Counted from the first letter of the stretch, positions 46,888-57,794 are shown. The stretch is 64,000 nucleotides of DNA from an uncultured Gemmatimonadales bacterium (GCA_963739455.1 CAVUAK010000001.1:1952001-2016000), one strand, 5' to 3'. A program made the numbers and translations. Notes: generated by a model not told the origin, from the sequence alone.

Positions 46888-47598
46888 ATGATGCACCTCA
46901 ATGCCCCGCTGGCCGAGACGCTGCGCGACCGACCACTCGTTGCTCTCGTGCTGCTCTTTGGTGCCGGCCTGCTCACCAGCTTCACCCCATGCGTCTATCC
47001 CATGATCCCCATCACGGCCGGGTTGCTCGGCGGGGCAGGCGCGGCCGGGCGGCCCCCGAGGGCCCGACTCGGCATGGTTGCGCTCTATGTCCTGGGGGTG
47101 GCGCTCGTATATGCGACGCTTGGTGTCATCGCGGGCCTGACCGGTTCGATCTTCGGCGGTGTCAGCACCAACAAGTGGGCTCTCCTGGTCATGGCCAACC
47201 TGCTGCTGGTGTCAGGATTGGCCCTTCTGGACGTCTTCAGCGTACGGGCGACGGGTGGACTGCTCGCGTGGGCGACGCGCTTCACCGCCGAACGGCCGTA
47301 CGGCGCGTTCATGATGGGTGCCACGTCGGGACTGGTCGCTGCACCGTGCGGCGCCCCGGCATTCGCCGTGGTCCTGACGTTTGTCGCCGCGACCGGAAGC
47401 GCGCTGCTCGGCTTCGTCTATATGCTGGCGTTCTCGCTCGGCATGACGGCGGTCCTCGCGGCGGTGGGGGTCTCCGCCGGTGCGCTCGCAGCGCTGCCGC
47501 GGAGCGGGCCATGGATGCTCCGGCTCAAGCGCGCGGGCGGGGTGCTGCTCCTGGTCATGGCTCAGTACTACGTCTTTCAGGCGGGGCGCAATTCATGA
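46888..47598 (+). CDS. CcdA/DsbD transmembrane domain protein
   Basis: TPCVYPMIP and AAPCGAP; multiple TMs. Confidence 0.9.
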   Translation: MMHLNAPLAETLRDRPLVALVLLFGAGLLTSFTPCVYPMIPITAGLLGGAGAAGRPPRARLGMVALYVLGVALVYATLGVIAGLTGSIFGGVSTNKWALLVMANLLLVSGLALLDVFSVRATGGLLAWATRFTAERPYGAFMMGATSGLVAAPCGAPAFAVVLTFVAATGSALLGFVYMLAFSLGMTAVLAAVGVSAGALAALPRSGPWMLRLKRAGGVLLLVMAQYYVFQAGRNS

Positions 47599-48089
47599 GG
47601 TGGCTTGGCGCGACTTTCCTGCTCGTCGCCATCACGGCCGGGCCTGCTCATGCACAGGATGAGGGCATCGCGCTGGGCACGAAGGCACCGGCGGTCGTCG
47701 TCAACGATATCGACGGCAAGCCAGTCAACCTGGCGGACTATATCGGCCGGAAGCCGGTTTTGCTCGAGTTCTGGGCCACCTGGTGCAGCGTCTGCGAGGC
47801 ACTGCTGCCGAAGGTCAAGGCGGCGCATGCCACCTACGGCGAGTCGGTCGAGTTCTTCGGGGTCAATGTCACTGTGAACCAGACCGAGGAGCGGGTGCGC
47901 AGGTGGATCGCCAGCAACAACCCGCCCTATCGCACGCTCTACGACGACAAGGGAGTGAGTACGCGCGCGTATGGTGCACCGGTCACTTCGTACATCGTGA
48001 TCATCGATGCGGCGGGAAAGGTGGCCTACACGGGCACCGGTGCGGACCAGGACATCTCGAGTGCCCTCGCCCGTGTCACGAAACACTAG
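47595..48089 (+). CDS. TlpA-family periplasmic thioredoxin
   Basis: Signal peptide; FWATWCSVC; ATGA overlap. Confidence 0.9.
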   Translation: MRWLGATFLLVAITAGPAHAQDEGIALGTKAPAVVVNDIDGKPVNLADYIGRKPVLLEFWATWCSVCEALLPKVKAAHATYGESVEFFGVNVTVNQTEERVRRWIASNNPPYRTLYDDKGVSTRAYGAPVTSYIVIIDAAGKVAYTGTGADQDISSALARVTKH

Positions 48090-48687
48090 GCGCCTTCCGC
48101 TGCGGCGGGGCCTTAGCGCAGGGCTGGTCCTCGGTGGACTGGCGCTCTGCGGCGCGCCCAGGGCGTGGGGGCAAGCGGACTCCAAGGGGCCCCCGACGGC
48201 GCGGGTGGTGAAGGGTCCGGAAACGGGTCAGCGGGCGCCTGATTTCTCGTTGCCCTGGGCCAACCAGGATGCGGTGGGGTCGGAGGATCAGGCGTTCCGG
48301 CTGACCGACAACCTCGGCAAGGTGGTCGTGCTCGCCTTCTTCCCGCGCGACTTCACGCCGGGGAGTACGGCTGAGCTCAAGGGGCTTGCAGCAGTGGCCG
48401 ACTCTTCGGGCGCGGAGGTGGTAGTCGTGGCTGTCAGCAGCGATTCCCTGGAGACGCATCACCGCTTTGCCAGCAGCCTGGGCATCCGGTTCATGCTGTT
48501 GAGCGACCCGGACCAGCGGGTGGCGCGACGCTATGGCAGCGATGGCGCGGATGGCGTCGACCGGCCGACGGTTTATGTCATCCGGCCGGACGGCAAGGTG
48601 GCCTGGCGCGACCTGGCCCTCGACCCACAGGACAAGCGCGAGTTCGAGGCGTTGAGGAAGGCTGTGGCCAAGGCGGCCCAGCCATGA
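48073..48687 (+). CDS. Exported peroxiredoxin(BCP)-like protein with Ser at the catalytic Cys position
   Basis: APDF.L, FFPRDFTPGSTAE, LLSD, V..DG.V. Confidence 0.8.
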   Translation: MSRNTRRLPLRRGLSAGLVLGGLALCGAPRAWGQADSKGPPTARVVKGPETGQRAPDFSLPWANQDAVGSEDQAFRLTDNLGKVVVLAFFPRDFTPGSTAELKGLAAVADSSGAEVVVVAVSSDSLETHHRFASSLGIRFMLLSDPDQRVARRYGSDGADGVDRPTVYVIRPDGKVAWRDLALDPQDKREFEALRKAVAKAAQP

Positions 48688-49478
48688 GCCTCCGTGCTGC
48701 CCTTTTCGGACTGGGATGCCTGGCAGTGCCGCTCGCTCCCCGCACTGATGAACGTTGGCAGTTCGGCAACCTTGAGCAGGGGTATTGCATCACTTTCCTC
48801 GTCAGTCCTGATGATGCTCCGGGTGTCCTGCCCGACGATTCCCAGCCCGTGCGTCTCGATGCCATGAGCGACCCCACGCCGGTGCTGACGCGGGTCCTGG
48901 CGGATCAGCCCGAGTATGCCGCCTGGATGCCGGCTGCGCTGTGCGTGTACCGGTTTGGACGCGCCGACATCGCCGGTCGCGAGCTCGTGGCCTCGACGGG
49001 AAGCTCGGAAATGATCGGGTTTGTGACGTTCGCCGCGCGGGTGACGCCGGGGCAGCCACCAAACGGGCTGTTCGTCAGCGCGGTATTTACGAACGACAAG
49101 CGGGCTGTGAGGCTCACCGACTCCACGGCCATCCCGATGCGTCAGGTCAAGGCCAGCTTTGGCAAAGCGGCGCATGGCGATGACGAGCGCCATGTCATTG
49201 AGTTCGGGAAGACCAAGCTCATCTGGGACGGCCACACCGCATCCGACTCGGCGGTCGCGAGCGGCCCGATCGAGCGGGTCTGGGTCTTCAAGGGCTCAAG
49301 GAACCGGCCGGTCCTCGCGAAGTGGAAGCTGACGCCGGCCAGCAGCCGCTCCATGGTGGGGGCACTGGTCATCGTGGGGAAGGACAAGCTTGCCAAGCTG
49401 CTGCGGAAATCGCCCGTCCGGTATGCGGGCCCAATGTACCAGGGTGGGATTGGCGAACTGAGCCAGATTGCTGAGTAG
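48684..49478 (+). CDS. Hypothetical protein
   Basis: ATGA overlap; 264-aa ORF with a hydrophobic N-terminus. Confidence 0.7.
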   Translation: MSLRAALFGLGCLAVPLAPRTDERWQFGNLEQGYCITFLVSPDDAPGVLPDDSQPVRLDAMSDPTPVLTRVLADQPEYAAWMPAALCVYRFGRADIAGRELVASTGSSEMIGFVTFAARVTPGQPPNGLFVSAVFTNDKRAVRLTDSTAIPMRQVKASFGKAAHGDDERHVIEFGKTKLIWDGHTASDSAVASGPIERVWVFKGSRNRPVLAKWKLTPASSRSMVGALVIVGKDKLAKLLRKSPVRYAGPMYQGGIGELSQIAE

Positions 49479-49539
49479 CCCGGGCTGGATTGTGGGGTGA
49501 TGGGGAGGAAGGGATTCGACAGTGGCGCTACCGGTTCTT

Positions 49540-49860
49540 GCGCTGTGGAATCTGTTCGCAATCTGGAAAGTGTTGGCGATTTTACTTGGTAACGACACTG
49601 TCATCATCCGATATCCTGCTTGAGACATGGCACGCTAAGCCATTGATTCATATCAGAATACAAATTTTGTCCAAGCCTGCTTTGCGTTCCATTTCAATCG
49701 ATCACTCGATTTCCAATCCTCTGGGGCTCCGTTCAAATCGGCAGTTTTCAACATGTGGAAATCGGATGTCCTTGAAACAGGATTTCTCCCTGAGGTCTCA
49801 ACCAGGATTCGGTTTTTCATCTAAATGTTGAAAAGTCTTCCACACTCCAGTTGTGGGTAT
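49540..49860. promoter_or_regulatory. AT-rich DnaA-box-like cluster with IHF site (candidate oriC or DARS/datA-like)
   Basis: IHF consensus at 49636-49648; 8/9 DnaA-like boxes at 49745, 49754, 49826 and 49836. Confidence 0.55.
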
Positions 49861-49979
49861 TTCCGGCCCGGCCAAACAAGGCAAAGGGTGCCCCGCATCC
49901 TGGGTGGCGCGACAGCAAATGCGCCGGTCCGCGTACGACCGGTGCGCAAGCGTTCCCGTCGCGTTAGACTGCCCGCACC

Positions 49980-51453
49980 GTGACCCATTCATCGATTCGC
50001 AGGACCAAGATCGTCGCCACGCTGGGGCCCGCGTGGGACAAGCCGGAACAGATGAGCGCCCTGCTGGAGGCGGGCGTTGACGTCGTGCGCGTCAATTCCT
50101 CCCACGGCACCGCCGAGGTGCGTGAACGCTGGATTCGCGAACTGCGCTCGGTCTTTGACGCGAGGGCGGCTTACCAGGCGGCAGCCGTCCTCGTTGACCT
50201 CCGCGGGCCTCGCATCCGGGTGGGTTCGCTGCCCGAGGCGCGGCAGCTCGCCACCGGGTACCCGGGTCGTCTTCGCACCGGAGGCGGATGCCGCGCCCGG
50301 TGAGATCCCTACCACGTACGAGGGCCTGGCCCGGGATGTCGAGCCGGGCTCCACCATCCTTCTGGACGATGGCCTGCTGAGCGTCGAGGTTGAGGACGTG
50401 CGTGGGTCGCGGGTGACGGGTGTGGTGCGGTATGGCGGGCTGCTCAAGCCCAACAAGGGAATGAACCTCCCCGGGGTGGAGGTGAGCGCGCCAGCGATCA
50501 GTGAGAGGGATGCCGAGGAGGTCGGGCGCGCGGTGGCGGCGGGCGCCGACTACATCGCGATGTCGTTCGTGCAGCGGGGCGAGGACGTGGAGGCGCTCCG
50601 AAGGCTGGTGCCTTCCTCGGTCCGCATCGTTGCCAAGATCGAGAAGGACACGGCGCTCCGGAACATCAAGGGCATCCTGCGCGCGGCCGATGCAATCATG
50701 GTGGCCCGGGGCGACCTGGGGGTCGAGCTTGCCCTTCGAGGAGGTGCCACTGACCCAGAAGCGGCTCATCCGGGAGGCCAACATTCACGGCAAGCCGGTC
50801 ATCACGGCCACCCAGATGCTGGAGTCGATGGTTCATGCGCCGCGGCCGACCCGGGCCGAGGCATCGGACGTCGCGAACGCCATCCTCGACGGGACCGACG
50901 CCGTGATGCTCTCGGCGGAGACGGCCGTCGGTTCCTACCCCCGGGAGTCGGTCGAGGCCATGGTGACGGATCGCCAGAGAGCTGGAACAGCCAGCCGCGC
51001 GGGCGCAGCCCTGCGTTCGACATCGCGGTAGGTCGCCGGGTGGAGAAGACTGATCGCTTGCTCAGTGACGACGATGCCGCGGCCATGACGACCCGGACCG
51101 AGTCGGCGATCGCGGTGGCCGTCTGTGCGGCGGCCGAGCTGATGCACGCGCCGGCCATCGTCTGCCTCACGTCCAGCGGCTTCACGGCCCGCACCGTCGC
51201 GGCCTACCGGCCGTCCGTGCCGATCCTCGCCGTGACGCCCGAACCCGAGACCTTCCGGCAGCTCTCGCTCGTGTGGGGTGTGGTGCCGCTCCTGGTACAG
51301 CACTTCCCGAATTACGATGCCCTCCTTCCCGTCGCGCGGCAGCAGTTGCTTTCCCGCGGGCTTGCGTCGCTGGGAGATCGCATCGTTGTCACCGCCGGCG
51401 TGCCCTTCGACACGCCGGGCACCACCAACCTGCTCAAGGTCGAGGCGGTGTAG
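49980..51453 (+). CDS. pyk: Pyruvate kinase (frameshifts ~50255, ~50730, ~50965)
   Basis: [43 protein letters not shown]. Confidence 0.93.
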
Positions 51454-51458
51454 CAGGC

Positions 51459-52232
51459 GTGCGCCTGACCTTCCTCGGGACGGGGACCTCGTTCGGGGTG
51501 CCGCAGGTCGGATGCACATGTGCAGTGTGCACCTCTACCGACCCGCGCGACCGGCGCACCCGCACCGGGGCGCTGGTTGATGTTGACGGCACCACGCTGC
51601 TCATCGATACACCTCCGGAGCTGCGACTCCAGTTGATCGCCGCCGGGCGATCGCATGTCGATGCCGTGCTCTATACCCACGAGCACGCCGACCACGTCAA
51701 CGGCATCGACGACCTGCGCATCTTCTCGGTTACGCAGCGCGCGGCCCTCCCGGTCTATGGAGCACCCGAGACGCTGGCGCGGTTGCGGGAGAGTTTCCGG
51801 TACATCTTCGATGCCGACATCACCGCGTATGAGGGAACCTCGAAGCCGCTGCTGGCGCCGCACCCGCTGGAGCCGGGGCAGTGGCAGCAGGTGCACGGCG
51901 TGCCCGTCCTGCCGCTGGCGTTCCGTCATGGCCACGGGCGGGTGTTCGGCTACCGCATTGGGGATCTGGCGTACATCACGGACGTGAAGGAAGTTCCCGA
52001 GGCCGCTCGCGCCCAGTTGCAGGGGCTCAAGGTCCTGGTGCTGAACGCCCTGTGGTGGCGTCCCCACCCGACGCACCTCAGTATCGGCGAGGCTGTCGAG
52101 GTGGCGCGCGCGGTCGGCGCCGAGCGCACCTGGCTGACGCACCTGACGCACGAGACTGGGCACGCCGAGTTGCAAGCCCAGCTTCCATCCAATGTCTTCC
52201 CGGCGCATGACGGCCTGATCGTGGAGATCTGA
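51459..52232 (+). CDS. PhnP-like MBL-fold hydrolase
   Basis: LGTGTS.GVP..C.C..C, THEHADH, AYITD, TH..H. Confidence 0.88.
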   Translation: MRLTFLGTGTSFGVPQVGCTCAVCTSTDPRDRRTRTGALVDVDGTTLLIDTPPELRLQLIAAGRSHVDAVLYTHEHADHVNGIDDLRIFSVTQRAALPVYGAPETLARLRESFRYIFDADITAYEGTSKPLLAPHPLEPGQWQQVHGVPVLPLAFRHGHGRVFGYRIGDLAYITDVKEVPEAARAQLQGLKVLVLNALWWRPHPTHLSIGEAVEVARAVGAERTWLTHLTHETGHAELQAQLPSNVFPAHDGLIVEI

Positions 52233-52235
52233 GCG

Positions 52236-53620
52236 ATGATGCGACTTGAATACGGACGGATGCTGCAGGAAGGTCTCGATGGCGTGCACGGCCTGACGCG
52301 GGACCAGCTCGCGGATCTGGGCCGGCGTTTTCCGGGGATACAGGCGGAGGTACGCGCCCGCCGCGCGGCCGGTGAATACGGATTCCACGACCTGGCGGAG
52401 CAGGGCAGTGCCATCCGGAGCATCACGCCAGTTCGCCAGTGGAGTGGGCCAGGCATTCGATCATGTCCTGGTGCTGGGCATCGGCGGGTCGGCGCTGGGT
52501 GCCCGGGCGTTGCTGTCCGCGCTTCGCGCACCGGCGTGGAACGAGCTGGACGACGAGGGGCGCGATTTCTATCCCCGGCTGACGATCCTCGACAACGTGG
52601 ACCCGGCGAGCGTGCACGCCGCACTCCGCCGCATCGATCCGCGACGTGTGCTCGTCAACGTGGTCAGCAAGTCGGGATCGACTGCAGAGACGATGGCGCA
52701 GTACCTCGTCGTCCGGGCCTGGCTCGAGGAAGCGCTCGGACCCGCCGCCACTCGCCACCTCGTCTTCACGACCGACCCGGAGCGGGGTGTCCTGCGGGAC
52801 ATTGCCCGGCGCGAGGGGATCGCAGCGGTCGACGTGCCACCCGCCGTCGGTGGCCGCTTCAGCGTCCTGTCGCCGGTCGGGCTCCTGCCGGCGGCGCTCG
52901 TCGGCATCGACATCGCGGCGCTCCTGGGCGGCGCGGAGCGCGCGCTGCGTGATGCGGAGTCGCCCGACCTGCTGCAGCAACCGGCCGGCACTCCATGCGG
53001 CGCTGCACTGGGCGGCGGACACGTGGCTTGGCGCGCGCATCGACGTGCTGATGCCGTACTGCGACCGGCTGCGGGATGTGGCGGAGTGGTATCGGCAGCT
53101 GTGGGCGGAGAGCCTGGGGAAGCGGCACGACCGGCGCGGTGCCGAGGTCTTCACCGGCCCAACGCCGATCGGCGCCGTTGGCGCCACCGACCAGCACAGC
53201 CAGGTGCAGCTGTTCATGGAGGGACCGTTCGACAAGGTGCTGACGCTGGTGTCGGTGGAGGATCACGGCATCGACGTGGCCATCCCTGGCCGGTCCGAGC
53301 TCCCGGCCGAGCTGGCCTACCTGCCGGGGCGCTCACTCGGCGAACTGCTCGCGGCGGAGTGCCGCGCCACGTCGGGTGCGCTCGCATCGGCGGGCCGCAT
53401 GCACACGGTGCTGCGCCTTCCCGAGGTGTCGGAAGACACGGTGGGCGAGTTGCTGATGTTCTACCAGCTGGCGACGGGATTCGCCGGCGCCTGGTACGGC
53501 ATCAACCCGTTCGACCAGCCCGGGGTAGAACTCGGCAAGCAGCTGACCTTCGCCGCCATGGGGCGTGCCGGCGGTGGTACTGTCCCGAAGCCGCCGCCAG
53601 ATCCTGGCGACTTCGCCTGA
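52236..53620 (+). CDS. pgi: Glucose-6-phosphate isomerase (frameshifts ~52430, ~52980)
   Basis: GIGGSALG, SKSGSTAE, GGRFSV, QLWAESLGK, DQHS, FDQPGVE.GK. Confidence 0.93.
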
Positions 53621-53699
53621 GCCACGCTTCGTCCCGGGCCTGGTGCGTCTAGTATTCGACGTCGGCCGCTGACGGGCGACGCATAAACGGGGGTGCACA

Positions 53700-54108
53700 A
53701 TGCGCGATCGCGAGCGCGAAGTCGTATATGTCGAGCGAGGCGGCGACGTCTCTGCCAAGTGGTTCCTGTGGGGCGCCCTGGCCGGCGCTGCCGTGGCGCT
53801 GTTCTACGCACCGGCCACGGGCGAGCAGACCCGTCGCGGCGTGCAGCGGCGCCTGCGGAAGCTCCGGGCGATGGCGGAAGAGAAGATGGACGAGCTCACG
53901 GAGCAGCTCGGCGATCGTCGGCAGCGCGTCGAGGACTGGATCGAGGACGCCAGCGAGGCGCTCGACCCCGACGAGGACGACGAGTTCGACGACGAGCGAG
54001 GAGGAATCCACGCCGGTGACGCCGCGGGCGGAACTCGAGCAGCGCCTGGCCCGGGCCCGCTCGCGGCGCCGTGGCGTGGCCGACGCATCGGAGGAACAGG
54101 GCGCCTGA
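53700..54108 (+). CDS. YtxH-like protein (frameshift ~53998)
   Basis: FLWGALAGAAVALFYAPATGEQTR. Confidence 0.75.
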
Positions 54109-55050
54109 GCGCGCCGCCCCGGGTGCGGAGCTGGCACCGCTCCGTCTGGGGCTTCGTTCGGCGCACCCTCGAATCGGCGGACGAGAACAACGTCCCGTTC
54201 CTGGCCAGTGCGCTGAGCTTCGACGCCCTGCTCGCGGTCGTGCCGTTCGTGCTGCTGCTGCTGGTGCTCTTCACCGTGGTGGTGCAGGGCCTGGCGCCGG
54301 ACGGCACCACGCTCGATCCCGACTCCCTCTTTCACCGCTTCCTGCCGCCGCACAACAACCTGCCGGGCCAGGATCCCTTTGGCCCGGTGGAGCGACTGCT
54401 GACCCGCATCTTCGAGAACCGCGGCAACCTGTCGCTGGTGGCGGTGCCGACGTTCCTCTGGTTCAGCACCCGCCTGTTCGCCAGCATGCGAAACTCCCTG
54501 AACTTCGTCTATGACGTGGCGTCCCGTCCCGGCACGAGCCGCGGCATCATCGTCACCTTCCTGCGGAACAAGCTGCGCGACGCGGCGCTGGCGCTGACCG
54601 TGGCCACGCTGTTCCTGATCAACACGGTGTTCTCGGCGGGCCTGGTGCTGCTCCGGTCGCGGAGTGAAGCCGCGGTGCTGCTCGTCGTACACCCTGCTCG
54701 TGAGCACGGTCGGGCGGTTGTTCACCGAGCTCGTCGGCTTCGTGTTCTCGGTCTCCCTCTTCTTCATCATCTATCGCTTCGCGTCGCCACGGCGCATGAG
54801 CGTCACGTCGGTGCTCGTCGCCTCGACCTTTTCGGCCTTCGGGTTCGAGATCGCGAAGCGGCTCTACGGGCTGTACCTGGCCCGGTCGGTGGTGCCGGCA
54901 TCGGCATTCGGCGGCGGGGCCCAGCTTGGCGCGCTGGTGCTGTTCGTGCTCTGGGTCTACTACATGGCGGTGGTGTTCCTGATCGGTGGTGTGGTCGCGG
55001 AACGGTGGGAATCGCTGAAGCTGCAGCGGAAGCAGGGCGCGGTGGCGTGA
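54105..55050 (+). CDS. YihY/BrkB family membrane protein (frameshift ~54685; start uncertain)
   Basis: LASALSF...PF, FEIAK....Y, LWVYY...FLIG. Confidence 0.78.
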
Positions 55051-55078
55051 GGAGCTGAGGATTGGCTATCTTGGGCGC

Positions 55079-55175
55079 GCCTCAGGTCCGAAGGGTGCCG
55101 GCGCGTGAATCGCGTCAGGACCTTGCCGGTAGCAGCGCTAAGCGATGTCCGGTATCGCTTCGGGGAGCCTGAGGC
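55079..55175 (+). ncRNA. ffs: Signal recognition particle RNA (4.5S)
   Basis: Terminal stem GCCTCAGG/CCTGAGGC; domain IV GTCAGG...AGCAGC; TATCTT -10 at 55067; directly upstream of dnaX. Confidence 0.88.
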
Positions 55176-55190
55176 ACTTTATTTCCCCCC

Positions 55191-56846
55191 ATGATCGCCC
55201 TCGCCCGCCGTTACCGTCCCAAGCGCTTCAGCGACCTCCTGGTCCAGGATCACGTCACCGCCGTGCTGCGTGGTGCCGTGGCGAGTGGCCGTGTCGGTCA
55301 TGGCTACCTGCTCACGGGGCCCCGCGGGGTCGGCAAGACGACGGCCGCGCGCATCCTGGCGATGGCGCTCAACTGCGCCAATCGCGATGCCCTGGGCGAT
55401 CCCTGCGGCGAGTGTGACAACTGTCGGCGCACGTGGAGCGGCTCAGCGGGTCTCGACGTCGTCGAGATCGACGCGGCCAGTCATCGCGGTGTCGATGATG
55501 CCCGTGAACTGCGCGAGCGTGCCATGTACGCGGCGTCCCAGGAGGGCCACTACAAGGTCTATATCGTGGACGAGGCGCACATGCTGACGCGCGAGGCATG
55601 GAATGCGCTGCTCAAGATCCTCGAGGAGCCGCCGCCGCGCGTGGTGTTCGTGTTCGCCACCACCGAGCCGCAGAAGATCGCGTCCACCGCTGCGCCCGTC
55701 CTGTCCCGGCTGCAGAGGTTCGATTTCCGCCGCATCGGGCCCGCTGCCATCCGGAACCGGCTCACGGAGGTGCTCGGTATCGAGGGCATCAAGGCCGAGG
55801 ACGATGCGCTGACGCTGATTGCGCGCCACGCCGACGGCGGCATGCGCGACGCCCTCTCGCTGCTCGACCAGTGCCTCAGCTTCGGTGAGGGCGGCGTGAC
55901 GGTGGAGCGCGTGCGCGAGGTGCTTGGCCTGGTTGCCGATGACACGTACGCCGAGGTCTGCCGGATCGTCGTGGAACAGGACGCCGCGGGGGTGTTCCGG
56001 CTGGTGGAGCGGGTGCTCGATTCCGGGGCCGACCTGGGTGAGTTCATGAACGGCGCCGCTGAAATGCTGCGAGCGCTGCTGATGGTGCAGGTGGGCGCGG
56101 AGCCCGAGGGCCTCACGGAATCAGCCCGGGCCATGCTGGAGCAGTATCGCACACGACTCGACCCGGGAGACATTCTCCGCATGCTGCGGCTGCTTGCCGA
56201 CAATGAGACGGCGATCCGGCGGAGCGGCAGTGCGCGCCTGGTGGTAGAGACGCTCCTGCTGCGCTGGGCAATGCTGGACCGGGTGGTGGACCTGCAGGCC
56301 GTGCTGGACGGAACACCTGGTGCGCCGCCGGCGAAGGCCGGGCGGGTTGCCGGAGCGGTGCCAGTTCCCGAGCCTGCGCGTCGTGCCCCGCCTGCAGTGC
56401 CGGCTGCCCCGCTGCCAGCTGCTCCGCCGCCGGCTCCGGTCGCGGCGACCATCGACCGGGTGACCTTCACCCTCGAGGCCCTGACGGCGGCATGGCCCGG
56501 CATCGTCGCGGCAGCGCGCGCGGAGAGCCCGCTCCTCGGCACGGCACTGGCGGCCACCATGCCCGCGATCGTGGCTCCGCCCCACCTCACGCTGCGGCTC
56601 ATCGACCTGGATGCCGGCCTGGCCCTCACCCTCGAGCGGCAGCGCGAGCGGCTGGCTGCCCTCCTCGTGCGGATCGTGGGGGCGCCAGTCGAACTCAAGG
56701 TGGCCGAAGGGGATGCGACGCAGCCCCAGCCCCCGAAGCGCCTGTCGGCGGAGGCGTTGCGCGCCGACCGCCTCAAGGGCCTTCGGGTACGGGATCCGGC
56801 TCTCGATGCGGCCGCAGAGGCGTTAGATTTGGAGATCGTGGAATAG
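55191..56846 (+). CDS. dnaX: DNA polymerase III gamma/tau
   Basis: LARRYRP..F, GPRGVGKT, EIDAAS, DEAHML, NALLK.LEEPP. Confidence 0.96.
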   Translation: MIALARRYRPKRFSDLLVQDHVTAVLRGAVASGRVGHGYLLTGPRGVGKTTAARILAMALNCANRDALGDPCGECDNCRRTWSGSAGLDVVEIDAASHRGVDDARELRERAMYAASQEGHYKVYIVDEAHMLTREAWNALLKILEEPPPRVVFVFATTEPQKIASTAAPVLSRLQRFDFRRIGPAAIRNRLTEVLGIEGIKAEDDALTLIARHADGGMRDALSLLDQCLSFGEGGVTVERVREVLGLVADDTYAEVCRIVVEQDAAGVFRLVERVLDSGADLGEFMNGAAEMLRALLMVQVGAEPEGLTESARAMLEQYRTRLDPGDILRMLRLLADNETAIRRSGSARLVVETLLLRWAMLDRVVDLQAVLDGTPGAPPAKAGRVAGAVPVPEPARRAPPAVPAAPLPAAPPPAPVAATIDRVTFTLEALTAAWPGIVAAARAESPLLGTALAATMPAIVAPPHLTLRLIDLDAGLALTLERQRERLAALLVRIVGAPVELKVAEGDATQPQPPKRLSAEALRADRLKGLRVRDPALDAAAEALDLEIVE

Positions 56847-56887
56847 GGCTGTGTTTCTTACCCTTGCCGGTGGCAGTGAACATGGGA

Positions 56888-57196
56888 ATGGTTGACCTTC
56901 AGCAGATGTGGCAGCTCGGCCAGCAGTGGCAGGGCCGCCTTCAGGAACTCCAGACCGAACTCGCCAACCGGACCTTCGAGGTCCAGGCCGGCGGCGGTCT
57001 TGTGCGCGTGACGGTCGATGGGCGTGGGAACATTCGCGACGTGCGCATCGACGCCGAAGCGTTTGCCGGCCGCGATGCTGACCTGCTGTCCGACCTGGTG
57101 CTGTCGGCGGTGGCTGAGGCGCAGCGCCGGGCGGCGGAACTGGTGCAGGCCGAAATGAAGAAGCTGCCGACCCCGCCAATCGGTCCGGGGCTCTGA
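56888..57196 (+). CDS. ybaB: YbaB/EbfC nucleoid-associated protein
   Basis: AGGGLVRVTVDG...LSDLV; lies between dnaX and recR. Confidence 0.9.
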   Translation: MVDLQQMWQLGQQWQGRLQELQTELANRTFEVQAGGGLVRVTVDGRGNIRDVRIDAEAFAGRDADLLSDLVLSAVAEAQRRAAELVQAEMKKLPTPPIGPGL

Positions 57197-57203
57197 ACCG
57201 AGG

Positions 57204-57794
57204 GTGAGCGTCATCGAGGCACTGGTCACCGAGTTGGCGCGCCTGCCCGGCATCGGGCGGAAGACGGCGCAGCGGCTCACGTTCCACTTGCTGCAGCAGC
57301 CTCCCGATCAGGTCGTTCGACTGGCCGCTGCCCTCCAGGTGGCTGCGGAGCGGGTGCGCCCCTGCGACACCTGCGGCAACCTCACCGAGTCCGTGCTCTG
57401 TTCCATCTGCGCCGACCCCCGTCGCGAGCCGACGCTGCTCTGTGTCGTCGAGGAGCCATCCGCGGTAGGGGTGGTCGACCGCGCGACCGGTTTTCGCGGG
57501 CGCTACCACGTCCTGGGGGGCCGCCTTTCACCGCTGGAAGGGGTGGGTCCCGAGGCGCTTCGCATGGACCAGCTGGTCCGCAGGGTGGAGCAGGACGGCG
57601 TGCTCGAGGTCATCCTCGCCACCAATCCCTCCATGGAGGGTGAGGTGACAGCCACCTACATTCAGCAGCTGCTGTCGGGACATGCTGTCCGGGTGACACG
57701 CCTTGCTCGCGGCCTCCCGATGGGTGGCGAGCTGGAGTATGTCGACACCGTCACGCTGGCACATGCGTTGACGGCCCGGCAGGACCTGCGTTGA
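57204..57794 (+). CDS. recR: Recombination mediator RecR
   Basis: LPGIG.KTAQRL, C4 Zn finger, YHVLGG.LSP, EGE.TA. Confidence 0.96.
   Translation: MSVIEALVTELARLPGIGRKTAQRLTFHLLQQPPDQVVRLAAALQVAAERVRPCDTCGNLTESVLCSICADPRREPTLLCVVEEPSAVGVVDRATGFRGRYHVLGGRLSPLEGVGPEALRMDQLVRRVEQDGVLEVILATNPSMEGEVTATYIQQLLSGHAVRVTRLARGLPMGGELEYVDTVTLAHALTARQDLR

Noticed and set aside
48355..48372. Selenocysteine codon in the Prx-like gene
   Set aside because: The codon reads AGT, not TGA
49490..49831. 113-aa ORF in the AT-rich gap
   Set aside because: Atypical composition; the region is better explained as regulatory
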